Source of the DNA: Alphaproteobacteria bacterium
GTDB taxonomy: Bacteria > Pseudomonadota > Alphaproteobacteria > JASGCL01
Direction of reading: 5' to 3'
Length of the DNA stretch: 64,000 nucleotides
NCBI GenBank assembly: GCA_965262775.1
Contig: CBDHFT010000006.1
Coordinates: 179,883 to 243,882, forward strand
The notes under the pieces are model-generated. The model was not told the origin of the DNA. It worked only from the letters and a program-made list of their open reading frames with translations, and ran no database searches. Of this stretch, positions 1 through 10,213 are shown piece by piece (the stretch's first letter is position 1; each line of letters starts with the position of its first letter). Made by a program: the position numbers and the translations under genes.

Positions 1-170
1 TAGTGATGGTCTCAGTAGTTCGAATGGGGCTCCCTACCGCTATACCGTGGCCGCGGGGTCGGTGATTGTGGGTTATGGAACATTTGACGGTGGTAATGAG
101 TCGGCATATTTGCAGTCGTAGAATTGGGACATAAATCGTCGTTTCCAAAACCGAAAACCGCAGGGTAACA

Positions 171-2025
171 TTGGCGGGCGGGGTTGATGTGGTGGTGCCC
201 GTTCCCGCGGATCAAAATTTCTTCTTCACCGCCACCGATAGCGATGCCAGCAATATAATTTATTCGGTCAGCGGCACCGAAGCCGCCAATTTCACCGTGG
301 CCAGCAACGTCGATGGTATGAAGGGTAAGGGTAAATTAACATATATTGGCGATTTGGATTATGAAACCACCAGCCACACCCACACCGTGACGGTGGTGGC
401 AACGTCGGGCAATAATAGTGTAACCCAATTGTTTATATTGACAGTAACGGGTTTGAACGACGAAGCGGCGGTTTGGACCAACAGCAGTGCCAACGGCACA
501 ATTTCAGAAAATAACGTGGCGGGGGTTGCGTTGGCAACATTTACGGCCACCGACCCCGACGGCGCGGGCGTAACATATTCATTAACGGGCACCGACGCCA
601 ATTTGTTCAGTTTGGATTCCAGCGGCGGTTTGCATCTTAAATCGGCGTTGGATTATGAAGGAACATACAATGGCCACAATGGCCATGTATTCAGCGTTAT
701 TGTCAATGCGTGGGGCACCGCGGGTGGCACGGCGGGCAGCGCGGCGATTGGTTTTGGTGCCCACGGCCACGACCAAATTGTTTGTGTTAGGTTTGGGTAA
801 TATTAATGAATTCGCCACGGGTTTTGTTGGAACGTTAAGAAGTGGTGTTGCCATTAGCGAAAATAATGCGGTCGGGGTAACGGTGGCGAATTTCCGTGCA
901 ACCGATGGCGATGGGGTGACCGTGGATTATAGCGTGAGTGGCACCGACCCGAGCTACTTCAGCGTTGATACAAATGGTAATTTAAAATTAAAATCAAGTT
1001 TGGATTTTGAAGATAGTGTTCATACGGCGAAAAATTACAGCGTGACGGTGGTTGCAAAATCGACCGACGCCAGCGCGGCGATTAGCAGTGTGTTTGTGTT
1101 GAGTTTGGGTAATGTGAATGATAATGCGACAACGATTGGCGCAATGCACACCAGTGGCGCGGCGGTGGCAAAATCGGCCGCGGTGGCGGGATTATCGGTG
1201 GCGCATTTTGAATTGAACGATACAGATGGAACGGGTTTTGAATATAATGTGTGGAACTTGGCTGGTTCCACCGATGCGAATTCTTTCAGCATGGACAGTG
1301 TTGGCGGATTGCATATCAAAACCGCCCTGACAACATCAACCAAGGCATTTTATACCATGGTGGTGGGTGGCCACGGAACAAGCGGCGGCGCGGGAACGGG
1401 CGCGGCGGCTACGTGGGTATCGCAAACATTTATTTTCAGCCTGAATACCAGCGCGCAATTGGCCGACCACACGGCCTATATCGACGGCACCACGGCGACC
1501 CACGCGGTGAATGTGGGTGGCATTATTGGCCATGACGATGCAGGGAATATTGATTATGCCAATGTGCAATTCCATGGTGTTAATTATACCGATAAAGTCA
1601 TTACGCGCAATGTTGAACCCGATGGTTTGCAATTAACCACGGTGGATTATGTGGTGCGCGGGATTAGCGATTTGGAATCTTTACGCCTAAGTTTTAACGG
1701 CTTCACCGATACGGATGGTACTAAACGTAACCATTGGTTCTTCGTCCAGGATGATGCCACGGACCACAGCGGGCATATTGTGTTTGACGCCGATGGGCAG
1801 AATGTGAATTTACACGCTTTGAACAATGGCGGTGGTTTAGCAACTTCTGACCAAATTAATTTATTGGCTGGTTCAAATTACGGCATTGACGGCGATTTTA
1901 CCAAACCAACTGATTTAAATTTGAACTTGGCTTCTGACCCATTACATCAAAATACGGCGGGGGCATTGACCTTCGACCAATTCCTGGCCCTCCTCGGCGG
2001 GAATAATCACATCAGTTTTGTTTAG
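171..2025 (+). pseudogene. 3' portion of a giant cadherin-like-repeat adhesin (probable T1SS substrate), interrupted by a frameshift near 730-790 (ORFs 171..800 and 655..2025)
   Basis: Recurring ~100-aa units are present, e.g. ISENN(V/A)(A/V)GV...F.ATD.DG..V.YS(L/V)(T/S)GTD...F(S)(L/V)D..G.L.LKS.LD(Y/F)E......Y.V.V.A.S...LF(I/V)L.(V/L).G(L/V/I)N(D/E). The two ORFs are in different frames, and the repeat register continues across the junction. The C-terminus is Gly/Asp-rich, with a non-cleaved tail typical of type I secretion substrates. Confidence 0.6.
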
Positions 2026-2224
2026 GCAAAACTGCGGCCTATCTATTCCATTATTCACGGTTATAAATTTTGTGCCCCCATGGGGGTGCAAATGAATTTG
2101 CTGGCAATAAAATTTTTGCTTGCAAAATCTTTTTGCAAAAGATAGAGAAGATGAATAGAAATAAGGCTAATTATAAAAAAAGAAAAATTCTATCATAAAT
2201 AATCATGAATGGCGGGTTAAAATA

Positions 2225-4711
2225 ATGGAAAAAAATACTAACAAATCTGGCAAACAACGCACCATGCGTGCGGTCGTCATTGGTGGCGGCGTGAACGGCG
2301 TTTCGGCATTGTATCATTTGGCTAAAAAAGGTTGGAAAGATGTTTTGCTTATCGAACGTACCGAATTGACCGCGGGGTCAACATGGCATGCGGCGGGGTT
2401 GTTGCCATTATTTAACATGAGTTATTCGGTTGGCCAGTTGCATCAATATTCGGTCGAATTGTATAAACGATTGGAAAAAGAAACGGGGCAAGAAGTTGGT
2501 TTTCACCAAACGGGTAATTTGCGATTGGCGCGGGTGCGCGACCGGTTGGATGAATATAAAAATTATCAATGCACCGCCGAAACCATCGGGGTGGAATGTC
2601 ATATCCTTGGGGTTGATGAAATTAAAAAACTGTGGCCATTGGCCAACATGGATGGTTTGATTGGCGCCCTGTGGCACCCAACCGACGGGCATATTGCCCC
2701 GGTCGATGTTACCATGGCGCTGGCGAAGGGCGCACGGGCGTTGGGCGCGACCATTGAACAAAATAAAATGGTGGTGGCGATAGAACGCACCGATTCCGCC
2801 GAATGGAAAATTATAACCGAAACCAAAGATGGCGAACGCGAAGAAATTTTGTGCGAACATGTTATTTGCGCCACGGGTAATTATGCCCGCCAAACCGCGT
2901 TGATGGTTGGGTTGCAAATTCCCGCCATTCCCGTTGAACACCAATATATTGTTTACGATGTCGACCCCGTGTTAAAAAAATACCGCGAAGCGGGGAATAA
3001 AGAATTGCCCATTTTGCGCGAACCCGATGCTCAATATTATTTCCGTGAAGAACGCAATGGTTGGATTTTAGGGCCATATGAACGCAATGCCCCCGCACGA
3101 TTTGTCGACGGCGTTGACCCAGGTTTTGAAAAAGATTTGTTCCCTGGCGATTTGGACCGTTTGTTACCGCATGTCGAGGCCGTTATGCACCGCGTGCCGT
3201 CGTTAGAACATGTTGGGGTAAAAAATGTGGTGAATGGTCCCATTTCTTACACGCCCGATGGCAACCCCATGGTCGGGCCCGCCTTTGGCTTGCCCAATTT
3301 TTGGATATCGGAAGGCCATAGTTTTGGCATCACCGCCGCGGGTGGCGCGGGGTGGCAATTGGCACAATGGATTGTTGATGGTCAACCGTCGGTCGACATG
3401 ATTGGCGTTGACCCACGGCGGTTTGGTGTGGTGTCGAAAAAATTTACCAAAATTAAAAACGAAGAAGCCTACGAACATGTTTTTATTATTCATTATCCGC
3501 ACGAAGAAAAACCAAAGGGTCGCCCCGCGAAAACCATGCCCTGTTATCGCGACATGGTGGATGCTGGCGCGGTGTGGGGACAAAATTTTGGCTGGGAGCG
3601 GCCGCTGTATTTTTCAACTTCGGACGATACCAAAAAAGACGATTGGTCTTTCCGCCGCCCCAAATGGTTTAACACCGTGGGGAATGAAGTGCGCAAAATG
3701 CGCGACGAAGTGGGGTTGATGGAACTTTCAACCTTCGCCAAATATATGGTGGAGGGGCGGGGGGCGCGGGCCTTCCTCGACCATATGGTCGCCAATGCTA
3801 TTCCAAAATCGATTGGCAAACTTAATTTGTGTCACGCGCTTTACCCGACGGGTTCTATCCGCGCCGAATTCACCATTTTGCGTTTGCCCGATGGTCATTA
3901 TGGCGAACGTTTTTATGTGGTGGGGCCGTCGCGCACCCATGACATCGATTGGGATTTCTTACAAAAAAATCACCCGAAGGATGGCTCGGTTTTCTTAACC
4001 GACATGACTACCACCAACGGCGTGTTTATTTTGGCGGGGCCAAAATCGCGCGATGTGTTGCAAGAATTGGCGGACGCTGATTTGTCGAACGGGGCTTTCC
4101 CCTGGCTTTCGGGGCGCGACATACCCGTTGGGTTTTGCCCCAATGTGCGGGCGTTGCGGGTTAACTTCGTTGGTTCGTTGGGGTGGGAATTGCATCACCC
4201 GATTGAATATCAATTGCACCTGTATCGTGCAATTATGGATGCTGGCAAAAAACATAACATCGGGCTGGTCGGCATGCGCGCCATGGAATCGATGAGGTTG
4301 GAAAAAACCTATCGCCTGTTTGGCACCGACCTTAATGCTGAAAATACTATATTGGAGGCCGACCTTGGCCGTTTTGTGCGCTTGAACAAAGGAAATTTTG
4401 TGGGGCAGGAGGCTTTGGTGAAGCAACAGGCGGCGGGCGTGCCACGCAAATATGTCACGATAGAAATTGACGCGGTCGACGCCGACAGTTTTGGTAACGA
4501 ACCAGTGTTTATTGGCAACGAAGTGGTGGGCCGCGGCACGGCGGGCGGTTATGGCCATTATGTTAAAAAATCGTTGATGTTAGGTTATGTCAACACCCAA
4601 CATGCCGCGGTTGGCACCAAATGCAAAGTGCGCATATTGGGCGAATTACGCGACGCCAAAATTGTCGCCGAGAGTCCGTATGATCCCGAGAACAACGCCC
4701 TGAGGGGGTAG
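2225..4711 (+). CDS. FAD-dependent dimethylglycine/sarcosine dehydrogenase family (DAO domain + GcvT-like folate-binding C-terminus)
   Basis: 828 aa. N-terminal Rossmann motif VVIGGGVNGVSALYHL. STWHAAG matches the covalent-FAD histidine motif of DMGDH/SarDH. The C-terminal half is an aminomethyltransferase-like (GcvT) fold: GRFVRLNKGNFVGQEAL. Confidence 0.85.
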   Translation: MEKNTNKSGKQRTMRAVVIGGGVNGVSALYHLAKKGWKDVLLIERTELTAGSTWHAAGLLPLFNMSYSVGQLHQYSVELYKRLEKETGQEVGFHQTGNLRLARVRDRLDEYKNYQCTAETIGVECHILGVDEIKKLWPLANMDGLIGALWHPTDGHIAPVDVTMALAKGARALGATIEQNKMVVAIERTDSAEWKIITETKDGEREEILCEHVICATGNYARQTALMVGLQIPAIPVEHQYIVYDVDPVLKKYREAGNKELPILREPDAQYYFREERNGWILGPYERNAPARFVDGVDPGFEKDLFPGDLDRLLPHVEAVMHRVPSLEHVGVKNVVNGPISYTPDGNPMVGPAFGLPNFWISEGHSFGITAAGGAGWQLAQWIVDGQPSVDMIGVDPRRFGVVSKKFTKIKNEEAYEHVFIIHYPHEEKPKGRPAKTMPCYRDMVDAGAVWGQNFGWERPLYFSTSDDTKKDDWSFRRPKWFNTVGNEVRKMRDEVGLMELSTFAKYMVEGRGARAFLDHMVANAIPKSIGKLNLCHALYPTGSIRAEFTILRLPDGHYGERFYVVGPSRTHDIDWDFLQKNHPKDGSVFLTDMTTTNGVFILAGPKSRDVLQELADADLSNGAFPWLSGRDIPVGFCPNVRALRVNFVGSLGWELHHPIEYQLHLYRAIMDAGKKHNIGLVGMRAMESMRLEKTYRLFGTDLNAENTILEADLGRFVRLNKGNFVGQEALVKQQAAGVPRKYVTIEIDAVDADSFGNEPVFIGNEVVGRGTAGGYGHYVKKSLMLGYVNTQHAAVGTKCKVRILGELRDAKIVAESPYDPENNALRG

Positions 4712-4814
4712 GTATTTTGTGGGTGGATTTTTCGACAGAACGTAATTTGCTGTTCGCAACAGATTTGCAAACCCCCTATAAATCGCTTATTAAATAACGT
4801 GGGGCAATGGGACA

Positions 4815-7577
4815 ATGGCAAAGAAAAAAATATTAGCAGAGAAGAACACGACACCAAGTCGTAATGAAATGAAAAGCAGAGCCTTGGCATTTCAAAAAAG
4901 GTGGCAAATTGCTTCTAGTGAGTCTTCTGATAAACAAACTTTTTATAATGAATTTTTTAATATATTTGGAATTGATAGAAAAAAAGTTGCTATCTTTGAA
5001 CAGCAGGTTGAAAAATTAAACAACCGCCGTGGGTCTATAGATTTGTTTTGGCCAAAAAAACTTTTGGTGGAGCATAAATCAAAAGGCGTTGATTTGAAGA
5101 AAGCGGTTGAACAGGCTTATGATTATTGCCTTAATATTGAAAATGATTTGTTGCCTGAATTTTTGTTGGTATGTGATTTTCATGAATTTCGGTTAATAGA
5201 AATTGCTAATAAGCAAAAATATTATTTTACATTGCCAGAATTGCATGAAAAATTGCATCTATTTAATTTTATGACCGATTATAAAAAACAAAACATCGCC
5301 GAGCTTGACCCAATTAATTTAAAAGCGGCAGAACGCATGGGCGATCTTTATGATAATTTAAAAAATGATAATGCTTCACAAAAAGATTTAGAATTATTTT
5401 TGGTGCGTGTGCTTTATTGTTTGTTTGCCGATGATACAGATATATTTAAGAAAAAGATATTTCATGATTTGATTGATAAAAAAACAAGGAGTGATGGGTC
5501 AGATGTTGGCGACAGATTAGCCCATTTATTTCAAACCTTAAATACGCCAAAAGAAAAAAGACCCAGCACTTTAGATTTTGATTTAAATGACTTTGATTAT
5601 ATTAATGGTAAATTGTTTGCCGACACGATTAACATTTTATCTTTTAGCACATGGACAAGAACATATTTGATAAATTGTTGTTCGTTTGTTGAATGGCGAA
5701 AAATATCGCCCGCTATTTTTGGTTCATTGTTTCAATCAATTGCTGATAAGAAAAAAAGACGAAGCACGGGGGCGCATTATACATCGGAAAAAAATATTAA
5801 ACGCACCATTGAACCATTATTCTTAAATGACCTATGGGCAGAATTTCACAAAATAAAAAACAATACTAAACAATTACATGATTTCCATGATAAATTGGCA
5901 TCATTATATTTTTTTGACCCCGCCTGTGGTTGTGGTAATTTTTTGGTGGTGGCTTATCGTGAATTGCGAAAATTAGAATTAGAAATTTTAAAAATATTAT
6001 ATCCCGACACTGAGATAAATAAAAAAATAGATGTTAATGGTTTGTCAAAAATAGATGTAGACCATTTTTATGGGATAGAGATTGAAGAATTCCCCGCCAA
6101 TATTGCCCAAGTGGCTTTGTGGCTAACCGACCATCAAGCAAATTTAGAATTGTCAGAATATTTTGGCCAATATTACGCTAGGATACCATTAAAAAAATCG
6201 CCCAATATTACCTGTGGCAATGCCCTGACGCTGGATTGGCAAAAAATTTTATCCGCCAAACAATGTTCTTATATCATTGGCAATCCGCCATTTATTGGTG
6301 CTCGCCAAAAAGATGGCATGCAATCGAAAGAAATGGAAGATATATTTTCAGGAATAAAAGATTGGGGTAATTTGGATTATGTAACAGCATGGTATAAAAA
6401 AGCCGCCGAATATATCCATGGCACAAAAATTAAGGTGGGGTTTGTTGCCACCAATAGCATTACACAGGGTTTGCACGTTGGTATATTATGGAATAATTTA
6501 ATCAATCAACATGGTATTACCATTCATTTTGCCCATCAAACCTTTGCTTGGTCAAATGAAGCCACGGGTAAGGCGGCAGTTTATGTGGTGATAATCGGTT
6601 TTGCCAATTTTGATAGTGATAAAAAAATTCTATATGAATATGATGATATTAAGGGCGACCCAAATCAATCGCTAGTAAAATATATTAGTCCTTATTTATC
6701 TTCTAACAAAATGGATATTGCAATTAGCAGTCGTGAGAAGCCTTTATGCGATGTGCCAAAAATGTCGTTTGGTAGTATGCCCCGTGATGGTGGTTTTTTA
6801 ATTATAGAAAATGAGAAAGAAAAAGAACAATTGATAAATCATAATCCATTGGTAATAAAATATATTAAAAATTATATTGGGGCAGATGATTTTATCAATG
6901 GTTATAAAAGATATTGTTTATGGTTGGTGGATGCTGAGCCAAGTGATTTAAAAAAAATGCCCTTGGTGATGGAAAGAATAAAAAAAGTAAAAGAATTTCG
7001 GTTGGCGAGCAAAAAAACTGCAACCAGAAAATTTGCTGAAACTCCATCGTTATTTTGCGAACAACGACCCGCAAAAAGTAATTATTTATTAGTGCCACGG
7101 GTGTCATCGGAAAGGCGAAAATATATTCCCATAGGCTTTTTTAGCAAAGATAATATTGTAGCTGATAGTTGCTTAGCTATTGGCAACGCCACCCTCTACC
7201 ATTTTGGCATTTTGACTTCTGCCATGCACATGGCATGGGTAGCGCAAGTTTGTGGACGATTAAAATCAGATTTCCGTTATTCAAAAGATATTGTTTATAA
7301 CAATTTTCCATGGCCAAAGAATCCGCCCACAGACAAAATAAAAAAAATTGAATCCATCGCCCAAAGGATTTTGGATATTCGTAAAAAATATGAAAATAAA
7401 AATACCCTTGCCGATTTGTATGACCCCAATACCATGCCAAGCGATTTGTTAAAAACCCATGAGGATTTAGACAAATTGGTTGATGATTGCTACGGCTCCG
7501 CTGGTTTTGCCAGCAACGGCGATCGCCTCACCCATTTATTTAATTTGTATGAAGAATATATAAAAAATAAAAATTAA
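4815..7577 (+). CDS. MmeI-family Type IIL (IIG) restriction-modification enzyme, with endonuclease, gamma-class N6-adenine methyltransferase and target-recognition domains fused
   Basis: 920 aa, close to MmeI at 919 aa. The N-terminal nuclease D...E.K motif is intact (IDLFWPKKLLVEHKSKG). MTase motif I is FFDPACGCGNFLVVAYRELR and motif IV is IIGNPPFIGARQ. Long stretches are collinear with MmeI as I recall it (DPINLKAAERMG, ISPAIFGSLFQSI, GAHYTSE, FYGIEIEEFPANIAQVALWLTDHQ, TNSITQG, IIGF, YLLVPRVSSERRKYIPIGF, LYDPNTMPSDLLKTHEDLDKLVD). The gene is visibly more AT-rich than its flanks. Confidence 0.85.
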   Translation: MAKKKILAEKNTTPSRNEMKSRALAFQKRWQIASSESSDKQTFYNEFFNIFGIDRKKVAIFEQQVEKLNNRRGSIDLFWPKKLLVEHKSKGVDLKKAVEQAYDYCLNIENDLLPEFLLVCDFHEFRLIEIANKQKYYFTLPELHEKLHLFNFMTDYKKQNIAELDPINLKAAERMGDLYDNLKNDNASQKDLELFLVRVLYCLFADDTDIFKKKIFHDLIDKKTRSDGSDVGDRLAHLFQTLNTPKEKRPSTLDFDLNDFDYINGKLFADTINILSFSTWTRTYLINCCSFVEWRKISPAIFGSLFQSIADKKKRRSTGAHYTSEKNIKRTIEPLFLNDLWAEFHKIKNNTKQLHDFHDKLASLYFFDPACGCGNFLVVAYRELRKLELEILKILYPDTEINKKIDVNGLSKIDVDHFYGIEIEEFPANIAQVALWLTDHQANLELSEYFGQYYARIPLKKSPNITCGNALTLDWQKILSAKQCSYIIGNPPFIGARQKDGMQSKEMEDIFSGIKDWGNLDYVTAWYKKAAEYIHGTKIKVGFVATNSITQGLHVGILWNNLINQHGITIHFAHQTFAWSNEATGKAAVYVVIIGFANFDSDKKILYEYDDIKGDPNQSLVKYISPYLSSNKMDIAISSREKPLCDVPKMSFGSMPRDGGFLIIENEKEKEQLINHNPLVIKYIKNYIGADDFINGYKRYCLWLVDAEPSDLKKMPLVMERIKKVKEFRLASKKTATRKFAETPSLFCEQRPAKSNYLLVPRVSSERRKYIPIGFFSKDNIVADSCLAIGNATLYHFGILTSAMHMAWVAQVCGRLKSDFRYSKDIVYNNFPWPKNPPTDKIKKIESIAQRILDIRKKYENKNTLADLYDPNTMPSDLLKTHEDLDKLVDDCYGSAGFASNGDRLTHLFNLYEEYIKNKN

Positions 7578-7795
7578 TTGTTGCAACAATGGGGGCAAAA
7601 TTCGACCGAACTGAAATATTGTTTTTTTGCCTCCATCATAGCTTCCTCAGGACTTTTTTTATAACTAGCATGATAAACATCATCCTGCATGTGCGGGCAC
7701 CCCTCCCGATGCAATAAATGCACGCGCTGACCCGTGGAACCATCCACAAAGGTTTCCTTTTTTTCTATCATATATGCTTTGCCTAATCCTGACAT
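7574..7795 (-). CDS. Small Cys/His-rich zinc-binding protein, possibly an Ada-like metal-binding domain
   Basis: 73 aa, with HREGCPH...SPEEAMMEAKKQYFSSVEFCPHCC. The second half resembles the Ada N-terminal zinc-domain pattern S..EA..AGFRPCKRC. It converges on the MmeI-like gene and overlaps it by 4 bp. No family assignment could be made with certainty. Confidence 0.4.
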   Translation of the reverse strand: MSGLGKAYMIEKKETFVDGSTGQRVHLLHREGCPHMQDDVYHASYKKSPEEAMMEAKKQYFSSVEFCPHCCNN

Positions 7796-8009
7796 GGTTT
7801 TTTTATACCCTGGATTCTTTTATCCAGCAATATCTATTTCACCAATGACCACCATTTGTTGCCGATAGTTTTTATAGCGATAGGGCGCAACCCAAGCATA
7901 AGATAAAAACACCACGCGCGGCGCGCGCGGGCGGTTGCAATTTTTAACCAATGGGCTTATAGATACAATAATCAAATATAGCATTATTTCAATAAAATAT
8001 AGCAACATC

Positions 8010-8705
8010 ATGGCAAAGAAAAAAACCATAGCTGGAAAAAAATTGACTTCTTCCGCGCCCAAAACCAGCAACCAGGCGGGCGGCGCCATGGCGGGTTTGG
8101 CAACCCAATCGCTGTTGGTGGATATTCATTATGCAACCTTGGTGGATAGGTTTTTAAAATTTATAAAACGTTATCAACAATGGTTGGTGGCGGTGGTCGT
8201 CCTCGCCCTGGTCATAAGCTTGGCAGTGATAAGTTGGAATTTTTATCAACAATCCCAAGCAAAAAAAATAAGCGAAGAATTTTACGCCCTGCTCGGCGAT
8301 AAGGAAATTGCCACCCACCCCGATAAATTGGTGAATTTCGCCGTTAATTACAGCAAAGGTGCAGGGGCGGGTTATGGCGCATTGGCCAGCGTGATGGCTT
8401 TGCAATTAATCGAAAAAAATAAAAATGACGCCGCGCAAACCAATTTGAAAAACACCATCGATAAAGCCGTGGCGCAGAATCCCTATTTGCGCGACCTGAC
8501 GACTTTGCGTTCGGGCGATGAAAAAACATTGCGCGGCCTTACCGTGGCGGCGCAAAATTCGGCGATGATAAATTTGGCCCTGGCCGACCGCTTAACCGCC
8601 GCGGGAAAAAAAGACGAAGCAAAAAAAACCTTGCAAAATATCGCCATCAACAACCAAAATAATTTGCTTGGTTTGTTGATGTTACAAATTTTACCCAATT
8701 ATTAA
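8010..8705 (+). CDS. YfgM-like membrane-anchored TPR protein (the partner usually found upstream of bamB)
   Basis: Lys-rich N-terminus, a single TM segment (WLVAVVVLALVISLAVISW) and a TPR-like periplasmic region. It is immediately upstream of bamB, as in the yfgM-bamB pair. The ORF track start at 7935 is probably too early; the Met at 8010 (MAKKK) is more likely. Confidence 0.6.
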   Translation: MAKKKTIAGKKLTSSAPKTSNQAGGAMAGLATQSLLVDIHYATLVDRFLKFIKRYQQWLVAVVVLALVISLAVISWNFYQQSQAKKISEEFYALLGDKEIATHPDKLVNFAVNYSKGAGAGYGALASVMALQLIEKNKNDAAQTNLKNTIDKAVAQNPYLRDLTTLRSGDEKTLRGLTVAAQNSAMINLALADRLTAAGKKDEAKKTLQNIAINNQNNLLGLLMLQILPNY

Positions 8706-8732
8706 TTCATCAAACATTATCCATCGAACAAC

Positions 8733-10175
8733 ATGTTGCAAAAAAAAATTTACTCCTATGTTTTTGGCGGCGCCATGGCAACATTGTTGTTAACTGGTTG
8801 CGCCGATAACAAATTGACCCTGAGCGGGCAACGGCAAGTTATCGATATTGCATCGATAGACGATGTCCGCGCCAGCGATTCAAAACTTATCGGCGGTGGC
8901 TACAGCCTAACCCAGCCAGTCACCAACCAAGAATGGCGTTCGGCGTCGGGCGGTAACGACCGTCGCCCGCCCCACGCGCGCGGCGGCGAAAAAAACAAAA
9001 TAGCTTTTTACATAAAAATTGGCGCAGGCACGGGGAAATCCACCCTCTATCCCGCGTTCGATAAAGACGGCGATGAAAACCCCGAAACCCCGCGGGGCGA
9101 GGCTAATATAGTCAACATCGCCCCCATTGTTGCCGACAATAAAATTTTCGCCATCGACAGCCGTTATCAAATCACCGTGCTCGATTGGCAAAAAGATAGC
9201 GACCAGCCCAAAGTAAAATGGCGTTATCTTTTAAGCGAAGCCAACAATTACCTTGCCGCGACGGGCGGGGGCATGGCCTTCGCCAATGCTGGCGGCCCCG
9301 ATGGCAAAACCCCTTTGTTGGTGGTGACCACGGGGTTTGGTAAAGTATACGCCTTTAACGCCAACACGGGCGATGTGGTTTTTCAACAAAATCTTATCAG
9401 CCCGATTAAAAATTCGGCGGCCATCACCGACAGCCTAGCCATTGTTAAAACCATCGACGGTTCGGTTTATGGTTTGTCATTGCGCGACGGGCGTAAGGTT
9501 TGGCAAAATAATAGTTTGCTGGCCGATGGCGGCGTGATTGATGCCATTGGGTTTAAGGGTGGATCCGCCCCCACCGCCAGCGCGGGACGGGTGTGGACGG
9601 GTTTTTTGTCGGGTAATGTGATGGCTTTGAACGGCGCGTCGGGCAATATATTATGGCAAGATGGCACGATGAAATTCAGCATAGGCGACAGCAACCGTTA
9701 TCGCGAAATTATTGGCAACATGATGCTTGACGGCGGGGTTATCTATGCCTTCAGCTTTGGTTCCGACGCCATTGCCTTCCGCGCCGATGGTGGCGGTAAA
9801 TTGTGGCGCAAACGTTTGGCGACCATCGAAAACCCGACCATGAATAACCAAACAATTTTTATTATCGACAGCGATTACAATTTGAAAGCCATTAATAAAG
9901 CGACAGGCAATTTATTTTGGAGCCGTATCCTTGAAAAATATCAATACCCTGGCACGCGAACTTTGACATTGGTCGATTGGCATGGCCCGTTGTTGGTAAG
10001 CAAAAGATTGTTTCTGGCAAATAATATAGGGCAATATATGTTCGTCAATGCCCTGAACGGCAACATGATAGAGCAGGGCCAAGATGATATATATAAACTT
10101 GACTCCCCCGCCATCGCGGCCAAAAACACCATTTTGTTTGTCAACAGCATGGGATATTTGGTGGGGATTCAATAG
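8733..10175 (+). CDS. bamB: Outer membrane protein assembly factor BamB (PQQ-like beta-propeller lipoprotein)
   Basis: The lipobox LLTGC follows a signal peptide. Repeated beta-propeller blades carry W/YG motifs. It sits downstream of the yfgM-like gene. Confidence 0.8.
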   Translation: MLQKKIYSYVFGGAMATLLLTGCADNKLTLSGQRQVIDIASIDDVRASDSKLIGGGYSLTQPVTNQEWRSASGGNDRRPPHARGGEKNKIAFYIKIGAGTGKSTLYPAFDKDGDENPETPRGEANIVNIAPIVADNKIFAIDSRYQITVLDWQKDSDQPKVKWRYLLSEANNYLAATGGGMAFANAGGPDGKTPLLVVTTGFGKVYAFNANTGDVVFQQNLISPIKNSAAITDSLAIVKTIDGSVYGLSLRDGRKVWQNNSLLADGGVIDAIGFKGGSAPTASAGRVWTGFLSGNVMALNGASGNILWQDGTMKFSIGDSNRYREIIGNMMLDGGVIYAFSFGSDAIAFRADGGGKLWRKRLATIENPTMNNQTIFIIDSDYNLKAINKATGNLFWSRILEKYQYPGTRTLTLVDWHGPLLVSKRLFLANNIGQYMFVNALNGNMIEQGQDDIYKLDSPAIAAKNTILFVNSMGYLVGIQ

Positions 10176-10213
10176 ATAATTGACTTTGTTCCATCATATT
10201 GTTAGCTAATATC

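Noticed and set aside
12-215. 67-aa minus-strand ORF at the window edge
   Set aside because: Lies antisense across the start of the cadherin-repeat gene region. No motifs, and His/Pro/Arg-rich junk composition typical of off-frame GC-rich translation.
2408-4558. Several 60-190-aa minus-strand and off-frame ORFs inside the DMGDH gene (for example 2408..2944 and 3995..4558)
   Set aside because: Fully contained antisense or out of frame within a strongly conserved 828-aa gene. No recognisable domains.
7820-8089. 89-aa minus-strand ORF between the Zn-protein gene and yfgM
   Set aside because: Overlaps the probable yfgM-like start and promoter region. Hydrophobic low-complexity translation. No motif support.
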